Source: Candidatus Scatosoma sp.
GTDB lineage: Bacteria; Bacillota; Clostridia; Christensenellales; Borkfalkiaceae
Direction of reading: 5' to 3'
Length of the DNA: 24,675 bases
NCBI GenBank assembly: GCA_045651305.1
Contig: JAZRSE010000151.1
Span: 1 to 24,675, forward strand
Shown here: piece after piece, positions 7,387 through 15,110 of the stretch
Layout: each line of letters begins with the position of its first letter
How positions within the stretch are numbered: the first letter of the stretch is position 1
Notes under the pieces: model-generated
The model's database searches: none
What the model saw: the letters and a program-made list of their open reading frames with translations, nothing else
What the model was told of the DNA's origin: nothing
Program-made: the position numbers and the translations under genes

Positions 7387-8838
7387 TTATTTACGCTTGT
7401 TGTTTTTATCGCCGTTTTGACGGTTCTTGGGCAAACGCATATTGTATTTTTCTTGCAATGCTTTTTGCTCTTTCTTGTGTTCGCTTACGTCTACGCATTT
7501 ATTGATAAGCAACGTAGAGCCGAGCGAGAACAGGTTGCTCGTAATCATATAGATAGAGAACGCGGACGAGTACATAAACGAGAATACACCGAACATAATC
7601 GTCATAATAATCATCGTCATCTTTTGCGTCGACGCCGCTTGTCCGTCTACCGACGAGTATTTTTGTTGCTCTTTTTGCGAGTGCATCGTGATAAATTGTT
7701 GCAACAAAATCGTACCGATAGAAAGCACGATAAGCACGAAGTAACCGTTGGCTTGTTTCTTTTGTTCGCCAAGGTTTGCCGTAACTTTATTGTAAATATC
7801 CTTTTCGTAAACGTCCGTCAATTCGATTTCGTTTTGACGAAGAGAGCCCTCGGGGCTAATGGAAATTTCTTCCCCGTTTACCAAGAACTTACCGTTCGAA
7901 CTGCAAGACGAACCGCAAGACGCCGCCGCTACTTCTTTCAAGAAATCTTCGTGCGAAAGAATCGGGTGCTTATAGCTTGCGTCCGTCGTCCATACGTTTT
8001 TAATCCAAAGGAATTTCGTTTTAATTGCTACGTTTTCCTTGTATTCCTTTTCCGCAGCTGCCGCGCCCTTTGCGTTAAAGAAGTTTGCAAATTCCGCTTC
8101 CAAATCCGCCGCTTCGAAATTGAAAGTTTCAAAGCCTGCCGTAGCTTGCGCTTTTGCTACGTCTACTTGGTATTGATAAAATTCGCTATTCATTTTGCCA
8201 AATTCCGCTTTCAAAGTAGCTTGGTCTGCGCCTGCAAGCGTAGCCGCCGTTTCCGCGGAAATAGGCGCGCGGAGGTAAATTACTTTATCCGCCTCTTTTG
8301 CAATTATATAGTTTTGTTCCCCTTCTGCGCTCAAAACGTAAGAGTTGTCTTCCGCGCTCGTGTCGATTACGTACTCGTTTATGCCTGCTTTGTATGCGTT
8401 TACGAGCGTGTTGTAATTGTCTACGGACGAGAATTTTGCATAGGCGTTGAACGCGCCGATAGCAATAAAGAAGATAACGAGCGACAAAATCATAGGAAGG
8501 CAGGAAGAAAGCAAGTTCAAGCCGTTTTGCTTTTGCATTTCCATCAATTTTTGGTTATACATCCGCTTGTCGTTGGCGTATTGCTTTTGCAATTTTTCCA
8601 TCTTCTCTTTGTTTTCTTTCATACTGATATTTTGCTTACGCATCGAAATACGTTGGAAAATATCGAAAGGCAATACGATTACCTTCAAAATAAGCGAAAA
8701 CAAAATAATACCGATACCAACCCCTACCCCCGAAGAGATAATGATTTTTACCAGCTTGCCTATCCAGTTGAGTGAAATGTCATACGTGTTTCCTATCATC
8801 GAGAAAGACACGTCTGCCAATGAATTCAAAATTTCCAT
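7387..8838 (-). CDS. yidC: Membrane protein insertase YidC/SpoIIIJ with a large loop insertion, 483 aa
   Basis: 'LKVIVLP', a Q/K-rich coiled-coil hairpin, 'SCLPMIL', 'FLWI' and a C-terminal 'SIY.ITSNLFS'. Conserved rnpA-yidD-yidC-jag context. Confidence 0.9.
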   Translation of the reverse strand: MEILNSLADVSFSMIGNTYDISLNWIGKLVKIIISSGVGVGIGIILFSLILKVIVLPFDIFQRISMRKQNISMKENKEKMEKLQKQYANDKRMYNQKLMEMQKQNGLNLLSSCLPMILSLVIFFIAIGAFNAYAKFSSVDNYNTLVNAYKAGINEYVIDTSAEDNSYVLSAEGEQNYIIAKEADKVIYLRAPISAETAATLAGADQATLKAEFGKMNSEFYQYQVDVAKAQATAGFETFNFEAADLEAEFANFFNAKGAAAAEKEYKENVAIKTKFLWIKNVWTTDASYKHPILSHEDFLKEVAAASCGSSCSSNGKFLVNGEEISISPEGSLRQNEIELTDVYEKDIYNKVTANLGEQKKQANGYFVLIVLSIGTILLQQFITMHSQKEQQKYSSVDGQAASTQKMTMIIMTIMFGVFSFMYSSAFSIYMITSNLFSLGSTLLINKCVDVSEHKKEQKALQEKYNMRLPKNRQNGDKNNKRK

Positions 8839-8875
8839 TTATTTTCCTTCTTACATCGACTTTTTATAAAAGAAT

Positions 8876-9178
8876 TTATAAAAGCCAACGTTTTTTGAAA
8901 TATTTTTCAGGCGCCGGGTCGAAACCGCCTTTGCTAAACGGATTGCAGCGCATAATGCGCCATACGCCAAGCAAAATGCCAAACAGCACCCCTTTGTTGT
9001 TGATAGATTCTAACGTGTATTGCGAACAGGTGGGATAATATCTGCACTCCCCTTTTGAAAGGCGTTTTTGATAAAACAATATCATCCGCATACAAGCCAT
9101 TTTCAAATAAGGTTTGAACACCGTTTTGCGTAAATATTTCCAATTCGCCCGTAACATTTGGCGAAAAGAAAGGGACAT
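8876..9178 (-). CDS. yidD: Membrane protein insertion efficiency factor YidD
   Basis: CRYYPTCSQY and RCNPFSKGGFDP motifs. Confidence 0.95.
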   Translation of the reverse strand: MSLSFRQMLRANWKYLRKTVFKPYLKMACMRMILFYQKRLSKGECRYYPTCSQYTLESINNKGVLFGILLGVWRIMRCNPFSKGGFDPAPEKYFKKRWLL

Positions 9179-9495
9179 TACAGTTTCTCCTTTTTGATAA
9201 CGCCGCTTAAATGCTTTTCAAAGGTATGAAAGGAATATTCCTCGCAAACTTTGGGCACGATAACAAACGAATACGTGCCTTTTATCTCGCTTTCCACCGC
9301 ACGAAAAGCCTCTCTTACAAGCCTTTTAATATGGTTTCTTTGTACGCTTTTCCCGTGTCTTTTTCCTACGGAAACACCCATAAACGGCGTATCCGTTTGC
9401 TTGTAGACAATGGTAAACGTAGGCGAAAAAGCACGTTTTCCGCTCTTGAAAAGCCTATCAAAATCCGATTGTTTTTTCAGCCTCAAATAACGCAT
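9178..9495 (-). CDS. rnpA: Ribonuclease P protein component
   Basis: 'RLKKQSDFDRLFKSG', 'GVSVGKRHGKSVQRNHIKRLVRE'. Start set at ATG 9495. The stop overlaps the yidD start (TAATG). Confidence 0.93.
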   Translation of the reverse strand: MRYLRLKKQSDFDRLFKSGKRAFSPTFTIVYKQTDTPFMGVSVGKRHGKSVQRNHIKRLVREAFRAVESEIKGTYSFVIVPKVCEEYSFHTFEKHLSGVIKKEKL

Positions 9496-9674
9496 CTTTC
9501 GCCTTCCAAGCAAGTTTTAACCCGTTTTTCATTTGCTTTCAAAAAATGGCAAATCCTCTCCTTTATGAAAAGGAAAGGAATTGCTTGCTTTTTTACCTTT
9601 TATCCGTTGTAAAAATACCCTTCTACATACCCTTTTCTTAAAAAAGAGCGTTAGAATTTAGCGTTTATTCGCTA

Positions 9675-9809
9675 TTAGTGGGTAAGACGCTTTCTACCCT
9701 TATCGCGACGACGTTTCAACACTCTTCTACCTGCCGTCGTAGCCATTCTCTTACGGAATCCGTGTACTTTGCTTCTTTGTCTTTTCTTGGGTTGGTAAGT
9801 TCTCTTCAT
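9675..9809 (-). CDS. rpmH: 50S ribosomal protein L34 (absent from the supplied ORF track)
   Basis: Translated by hand: [44 protein letters not shown], 44 aa, with a GGAG RBS. Confidence 0.97.
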   Translation of the reverse strand: MKRTYQPKKRQRSKVHGFRKRMATTAGRRVLKRRRDKGRKRLTH

Positions 9810-9883
9810 AATCGTTCTCCTACTTCGCTTTTTAGCGATAATTTTCTTATTTTTTTAAGTGCCTTTTTTTCAAAAGCTTTCCT

Positions 9884-9913
9884 ATTATACCGCAAGAAAA
9901 GGATTTTCGTCAA
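9884..9913 (-). promoter_or_regulatory. sigma-A promoter of the rpmH operon
   Basis: TTGACG (9913-9908), N18, TATAAT (9889-9884). Confidence 0.7.
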
Positions 9914-9970
9914 GCAATTTTGCCTCACTTTCCCTCTTTCCTTACGCTATTTTTTATTTTTTTCCCTTTC

Positions 9971-11077
9971 TTATGCTTGATTGCCCGTACGCATAGGCAT
10001 TATAAGATATTGGAAACGTTTTTCGCCCGCGTTTTCAATGGTGAAAGGCGAGTTTGCCATATTGAACGAAAGCACGATTTTTTCTTCCGTCAACGCTTTC
10101 ACCGCGTCCAAAAGATATTTGCCGTTCATCGCAATTTTAAGCTCTTTACCCTCTAATTCCGTGTTCACCGTTTCTTCAATTTTACCCATATCCGAGTTTG
10201 CATTGATAACGATTTTACCGCTCTTAATATCGAAGATAACGAGGTTGTTCTTATCGCCGCGGGTAAGCACGCCTGCACGCTCGATACTTTGCATAAGCTC
10301 GCTCTTTAATACAATCGCTTCGCTTGCGAAATTGATAGGATAAATATTTTCCTTTCTAACAAATTCGCCTGCGTACAAACGGGAAGTAATCACCGTGTTG
10401 TTTACCTCTACGGAAATCTTGTTCTTGTCCGCATAAATTTTCAACGCCTCGTCCCCTTCAAGCATACGCGCAATTTCCGTAAGCGTTCTTGCAGGGCATA
10501 CGATTTTCATATTCCCGCCGTCCGTCGTTTCCGCCCAACCGCTCGCCATACGAAGTCCGTCCAAAGCCGTTGCGTAAAGCTTGCCGTCTTTCGCCTCTAA
10601 AAGACAGCCTTTCAAAATAGGTCTGCTCTCGTCCGTAGCACAGCAGAACGTTACTTTGGAAATGAGTTCCTTCAAATCGTTTTGCTTAATTTCGAAATAT
10701 TTATCTTGGGCGATTTTTTCGCCTGCCATCATAGGGAAATCGTCCGCGGGCAACGTTTGGATGTTCGTTTCGCTATCGCCGTAACGTACGATAATGCCCT
10801 TATCGTTGGAGGAGATAATCACTTCGCTATACGAAATCTTGCCCATAAAGTCTGCGAAGAATCTGCCGTTTACGCAAACTTCGCCCTCTTCTATAACTTC
10901 CGCTTTAATTTTCTTTTCAATGGAAATTTCTCCATCGTAAGCGGTCAAAATCAAAGAATCGTTTTCCGCCTTAATTTTAATGCACTCCAAAACAGGCGTC
11001 ATCGTTCTAATAGCGCAAGCCTTGCTAACGATAAATGCCGCTTCCGATAAAACCATCCCTTCACATACGAATTTCAT
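9971..11077 (-). CDS. dnaN: DNA polymerase III beta sliding clamp
   Basis: 368 aa. 'PVLECIKIKAE..SLILTAYDGEISI', 'SRPILKG', 'ATALDGLRMA', 'NGKYLLDAVK' and a C-terminal 'YLIMPMR'. Confidence 0.97.
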   Translation of the reverse strand: MKFVCEGMVLSEAAFIVSKACAIRTMTPVLECIKIKAENDSLILTAYDGEISIEKKIKAEVIEEGEVCVNGRFFADFMGKISYSEVIISSNDKGIIVRYGDSETNIQTLPADDFPMMAGEKIAQDKYFEIKQNDLKELISKVTFCCATDESRPILKGCLLEAKDGKLYATALDGLRMASGWAETTDGGNMKIVCPARTLTEIARMLEGDEALKIYADKNKISVEVNNTVITSRLYAGEFVRKENIYPINFASEAIVLKSELMQSIERAGVLTRGDKNNLVIFDIKSGKIVINANSDMGKIEETVNTELEGKELKIAMNGKYLLDAVKALTEEKIVLSFNMANSPFTIENAGEKRFQYLIMPMRTGNQA

Positions 11078-11133
11078 AAATGTTAAACCTATCCTTATAC
11101 CAAATTAAAACACTTTATTTTTGCGTTCAATTT

Positions 11134-11162
11134 ATTTTACCATATCCCCCGTTTTTTTGCAA
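11134..11162 (-). promoter_or_regulatory. sigma-A promoter of dnaN
   Basis: TTGCAA (11162-11157), N17, then TAAAAT (11139-11134) with an extended -10 TG. A DnaA-box-like TTTTCCACC lies at 11176-11184. Confidence 0.65.
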
Positions 11163-11219
11163 GCGAATTGCCTGCTTTTCCACCATAATTTCCCGTTATT
11201 TTTACAATTCTTTTTTTAT

Positions 11220-11729
11220 TTATAAAAAAACTTTCTCTTTTAAGGGATACTTTTTAGAAAAATAATTCACCGTGTATGCCGTTCCGCCCGTATCCTTTTT
11301 TAAGTACGCCAAAAGTACGTCCGCCCTGTCCGCCATATACCTATCTCTCTCCAACATACACCACTTCGTATATTCCTCGTACAGCACCACCTTTTCGTCC
11401 GCTTTTTCTATCAATTCTAAATACCGTTTTTTGTCGTTCGCAGAATAGTATTTTTCTTGATTTTTGCAGGGCACGCAAGCGAACAATCTAACGTTATCAT
11501 ACTTTTTCTTGTAATATAAAACCACCTCTCCTGCAAGCAAATCGAACCCCGGAGCTAAACCGCAATAAAAGGTTTCGACTCCACGTTCGATGAGTTTTTT
11601 CACCTCTCTTTTCAATGCCTGCACGGAAAAATCCTTTTCCAAAACTCTATGTCCTGTAAAGGCGCAGCTTTTCGGCGCTGTAAACAGCGCCTCGATTTTG
11701 AGTTGTTCGTTACTCAAGCTTTTCATCAT
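11220..11729 (-). CDS. DUF1273/YpsA-like SLOG-superfamily protein
   Basis: 'CAFTGHR', 'FYCGLAPGFDLLAGE', 'VPCKNQ', 'MLERDRYMADRAD' and 'GGTAYTV'. Confidence 0.85.
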   Translation of the reverse strand: MMKSLSNEQLKIEALFTAPKSCAFTGHRVLEKDFSVQALKREVKKLIERGVETFYCGLAPGFDLLAGEVVLYYKKKYDNVRLFACVPCKNQEKYYSANDKKRYLELIEKADEKVVLYEEYTKWCMLERDRYMADRADVLLAYLKKDTGGTAYTVNYFSKKYPLKEKVFL

Positions 11730-11735
11730 ACCATC

Positions 11736-11763
11736 ATTATACCATACTTTGGCGTTTTGTCAA
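11736..11763 (-). promoter_or_regulatory. sigma-A promoter of the SLOG gene (likely leaderless transcript)
   Basis: TTGACA (11763-11758), N16, then TATAAT (11741-11736) with an extended -10 TG. ATG follows 6 nt later and there is no SD. Confidence 0.7.
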
Positions 11764-11833
11764 TGCCGATATTTTTATTTTATCGCTTTACCACGCATTT
11801 TCAAAAGAATATTTGTTTCAATTTTTTGATTGC

Positions 11834-12132
11834 TTTTATTTATATTTAATATATATTTAGTAGTATTATTAGTAGTAGGGTGCGGTGGAATTGTGGATAA
11901 AGAGCAAAACCCCTTTATTTTCAAGGGAAAGAGAGTATTTTTGCGGTGGACAAGTAGGTGGATAAGCCGTATAAAAAGAGTGGATAAACGGTGGAATAAA
12001 TTGTGAATAAGTGGAAAGAATCACAAACCGTCAAAAAACGAAGGTGTAATAATTATGCAAAAAAGTTTATAAAAATAAGAAAAACGTCTGTTATCCACAA
12101 AATTTATCCACAGGTGGACAAAGCTATCCACT
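11834..12132 (-). other. Chromosomal replication origin (oriC) with basal unwinding system
   Basis: The minus strand reads TTATCCACA (11900-11892), overlapping degenerate AATTCCACC, then GCACC, seven trios (+ strand TAG TAG TAT TAT TAG TAG TAG, 11858-11878) and an A/T-only run (11834-11859). Further boxes at 11945, 11957, 11979, 12002, 12091, 12104, 12113 and 12124. Same architecture as B. subtilis box6/7-GC-trios-AT. Confidence 0.85.
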
Positions 12133-12170
12133 TATCAAGATAAAAAGGAAAAAAAGATAGCGAAAAAGGA

Positions 12171-12199
12171 TTGATATTTTTAGAAAAAAATGGTATAAT
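12171..12199 (+). promoter_or_regulatory. sigma-A promoter of rsmG
   Basis: TTGATA (12171), N17, then TATAAT (12194) with an extended -10 TG. ATG lies 9 nt downstream of the -10 with no SD. Confidence 0.7.
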
Positions 12200-12208
12200 G
12201 AAAACACT

Positions 12209-12904
12209 ATGAAAACAGCTGAAATGATTGAAAGTTACGAAAACTTAATAAAGGGCGAAAATGCGGAAAAATTCGCTTATTTTAGGGCTTTATTGCTCGA
12301 ATATAACGAAAAATACAACCTTACCACCATTTTAGAGGAGCAAGATATGTATTATAAGCATTTCCTCGACAGCGTTTTAGGGGAAAGATTTTTCGAAAAA
12401 AACGCGCGTGTTGCGGAAGTGGGTTCGGGCGCGGGGTTTCCCTCTATCCCCTTAAAGATAATCCGTCCCGATTTATCCCTCTCGCTTATGGAAAGCGTGG
12501 GTAAAAAATGCGAGTTTTTGTCCGTCGTTGTGGATAAGTTATGTTTGCAAAACGTGTATATTTATAATATTCGTGCGGAGGACGCCGCAAAGGATAGCAA
12601 ACACAGGGAAAAATACGACCACGTTACGGCGCGCGCCGTTGCGAGGATGAATACGTTAAGCGAATATTGCTTGCCTTTCGTAAAGGTAGGCGGCACGTTT
12701 ATTGCCTATAAAAGCGGTGAAACGGAGGAAATTTACGAGGCGGAAAGCGCGTATAAGGTGCTTGGCGGAAAGATGCGTTTATGCGAAAAATACGCCCTTC
12801 CAAACGGTTACGGCGAAAGAACGCTTGCCGTTATTGAAAAGAAAAAGTCCACTCCGCCCAAGTATCCGCGCGGACAAGGAAAGGAAAGAAAACAACCCCT
12901 TTAA
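12209..12904 (+). CDS. rsmG: 16S rRNA m7G527 methyltransferase (GidB)
   Basis: 'YNLTTI', 'KHFLDS', SAM motif 'EVGSGAGFPSIPL', 'TARAVA' and a C-terminal 'TPPKYPRGQG'. Confidence 0.96.
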   Translation: MKTAEMIESYENLIKGENAEKFAYFRALLLEYNEKYNLTTILEEQDMYYKHFLDSVLGERFFEKNARVAEVGSGAGFPSIPLKIIRPDLSLSLMESVGKKCEFLSVVVDKLCLQNVYIYNIRAEDAAKDSKHREKYDHVTARAVARMNTLSEYCLPFVKVGGTFIAYKSGETEEIYEAESAYKVLGGKMRLCEKYALPNGYGERTLAVIEKKKSTPPKYPRGQGKERKQPL

Positions 12905-12922
12905 CGAGGGTGTATGAGAAAG

Positions 12923-12950
12923 AAAAAGAACGGTGAAAACCGTTCTTTTT
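12923..12950. terminator. Bidirectional terminator between rsmG and the BY-kinase
   Basis: AAAAAGAACGGT-GAAA-ACCGTTCTTTTT, a perfect stem with a GAAA tetraloop. Confidence 0.85.
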
Positions 12951-12967
12951 TCATTTGTTTATACCTA

Positions 12968-13738
12968 TTAGTCTTTGGACGAATAATCGTACTTATAGGA
13001 ATAGTATTTGTATCTATCCGAGTAGTAGGATTTCTTTTCGTTTACCATATAGTCGTTTACGACGACGCCGAGGATATTTGCTTTGGCAAATTTAAGCTTT
13101 TCAATCGTTCTTGCGATATCGTTCACGTAAGAGGTTTCGTAACGGGTAACGATAACCGTACCGTCCGCTTGCGTAGCGATTGCGATTGCGTCCGAAACGA
13201 CGAGAAGGGGGGGCGTGTCGATAATAACGTAGTCGTATTGCTTTTTAAGTTCTTCAATGAACTTCGTCATTTCTTCGCTTTCCAAAAGTTCGTAAGGACG
13301 GGGCGCGTGCGTACCGCAGGTGATATAGGAAAGGTTGTTATTTTCCTTATAAACGTGCGTTACCTCTTCCAAGGACGCTTGGCCGGATAAGCAATCTGCA
13401 AGCCCGGGAACGGACTTTCTCTTGAAGAAACGGGCAACTCTGCCCTTTCTAATATCGGCGTCTACGAGCACTACTTTCGCATCGGATAACGCAAACATCA
13501 TAGCAAGGTTTACCGCAACCGTCGTTTTGCCGTCTTCGGGACAAGCGGAGGTCATAACGATAAGCGTGCCCTCGCCCGATTGTTTTTTAGGGATAGATAC
13601 GGTCAAAGAGGATTTGAAGTTACGGAACGCTTCCATAACGTTAAACGACATTTTATCGGAGAGCAGGTATTCTACACGATGAGAGGTGTTTTTGCTGCTG
13701 CTACGTACTTTTTCTTTACGTTTACTAAAAAGTCTCAT
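12968..13738 (-). CDS. CpsD/CapB/PtkA-type bacterial tyrosine kinase
   Basis: 'EAFRNF', Walker A 'PEDGKTT', A' 'VLVDADIR', B 'IIDTPP', and a C-terminal Tyr cluster YYSDRYKYYSYKYDY. Confidence 0.92.
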   Translation of the reverse strand: MRLFSKRKEKVRSSSKNTSHRVEYLLSDKMSFNVMEAFRNFKSSLTVSIPKKQSGEGTLIVMTSACPEDGKTTVAVNLAMMFALSDAKVVLVDADIRKGRVARFFKRKSVPGLADCLSGQASLEEVTHVYKENNNLSYITCGTHAPRPYELLESEEMTKFIEELKKQYDYVIIDTPPLLVVSDAIAIATQADGTVIVTRYETSYVNDIARTIEKLKFAKANILGVVVNDYMVNEKKSYYSDRYKYYSYKYDYSSKD

Positions 13739-14970
13739 TATTCAACGTCCTCCTTCGTTTGTTCTTCTTTGCTTTCATCCAATTTATCCGTTTCTTTGAA
13801 GGAAGGAATTACGCCGAGGACGGGTACGCCGAATACGTCGGTAACCTGTTCAATACTGCGAAGACGTTTATCCGAACGGTCTATGATGATAAATACGATA
13901 CAAGCGATAATGAGGGATGCCGCGCCGAGGATTAAGCCGTACTTGGTAGCCGTTTTCGAAACGATACCCTCGTTCGTTCTATGCACTTCGTCCGTACGGG
14001 AGATACGGATACAGTTGGTATCGTTGTATCCCGAAGGGATAGGCATTTTCTCAATAACGTAATCTTTTACGGAGTCAATCATAAGAAGACGCAATTCTTC
14101 CGCGTATTCTTTATCGTTGAGTACGGAAATGTTTACGTAAATGAAACTTCTTGCCAAGTCGTCCGCCTCTACGTCCGCCGCTTCGTCGTAATAGGAGAAT
14201 CTCGTTGCGCCTGCGATACGGTTGAGCTTCGTTCTATACGTCGTGTCCAATTCTCTCCACAACGCAAGGGCAGGCTCTTTCGCTTCGTCCGCGTTTTTGG
14301 AAAGAACGATGGTTTCTTTATACAAGCTATCGTATAATTGTTGCGCGGCAATTTGGTTTACCGTCGCTTGACTCGACGCCGCCATAGCGTTGTCTATTTC
14401 GTCGCTAACGCCTTGTTGGGGAGTGAGAGGCAAGGTGGGATTTTTCAATTTTTCCGCTTCCCAAAGTCTGTTCAACTCCGTTTCTTTGGCACTTTTATTC
14501 TCGTTTGCGAGGGTGAGCGCAGTAAGCGCGTCTTCCATTTTTTGATACTTTTCTTGATATGATTCTACGGCAACAGTCGCGGTAGCAACAAGCGTATTCA
14601 AATTCTCGTTGTTAATTCTTAAAAGCGCCTCATCGGTAGGCAAACCGCTATCGTTGAGGAGCAATTTTTCGGCAAACGCCTCGCTTTCCAAAAGCTCTAC
14701 CATGTTGTTGAGCACGTTTTTACCATACGCGCCGTAAACGCCGTATTGGCTCTCCGAATCGACGGACGCGCCCTTGTCCTTGCTGGGGTTGATGTAGAAC
14801 TTAATTTCCGTGCCGTAGTATTCTACGTTGTGCGTGCGTAAAAAGCCGATGCCTGCGCCAAGCGCCGCGCCGAGAATTACCACAAGCACAATATATTTAA
14901 GTTTACTCAAAAGCAAGCGGAAGATTTCCATTATGCTAATTTCATTTTGCTTTTGCGTGATTTCTTCCAT
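13738..14970 (-). CDS. CpsC/Wzz/TkmA-type transmembrane kinase modulator, 410 aa
   Basis: N-terminal 'EISIMEIFRLL' plus a TM helix, a long helical extracellular region, a second TM, then 'DKRLRSIEQVTDVFGVPVLGVIP'. The stop overlaps the kinase start (TAATG). Confidence 0.88.
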   Translation of the reverse strand: MEEITQKQNEISIMEIFRLLLSKLKYIVLVVILGAALGAGIGFLRTHNVEYYGTEIKFYINPSKDKGASVDSESQYGVYGAYGKNVLNNMVELLESEAFAEKLLLNDSGLPTDEALLRINNENLNTLVATATVAVESYQEKYQKMEDALTALTLANENKSAKETELNRLWEAEKLKNPTLPLTPQQGVSDEIDNAMAASSQATVNQIAAQQLYDSLYKETIVLSKNADEAKEPALALWRELDTTYRTKLNRIAGATRFSYYDEAADVEADDLARSFIYVNISVLNDKEYAEELRLLMIDSVKDYVIEKMPIPSGYNDTNCIRISRTDEVHRTNEGIVSKTATKYGLILGAASLIIACIVFIIIDRSDKRLRSIEQVTDVFGVPVLGVIPSFKETDKLDESKEEQTKEDVE

Positions 14971-15025
14971 AACTATCTCCTTATCTATTTGTGTTTCCGT
15001 TTTGTAAAAAGAGTATTACTCCATT

Positions 15026-15054
15026 ATTATACCATTGAAAAAAGCAAATGTAAA
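15026..15054 (-). promoter_or_regulatory. sigma-A promoter of the modulator-kinase pair
   Basis: TTTACA (15054-15049), N17, then TATAAT (15031-15026) with an extended -10 TG. Confidence 0.65.
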
Positions 15055-15110
15055 GGGCTTTTCTAATAAAATAATGTTATAATACGCGCGTTTTATATAA
15101 ATTTCCGCTA

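Noticed and set aside
7417-8775. 452-aa plus-strand ORF
   Set aside because: Antisense shadow of yidC, with no RBS or recognisable motif.
9810-9970. dnaA remnant or small ORF between rpmH and dnaN
   Set aside because: The sequence is pyrimidine-rich on the plus strand with only the rpmH promoter. No DnaA-like coding trace or DnaA box.
12198-12217. Tiny uORF (MKTL*) overlapping the rsmG start, with an ATGAAAACA direct repeat
   Set aside because: Its ATG lies inside the -10 element, so it is upstream of the likely TSS and would not be transcribed.
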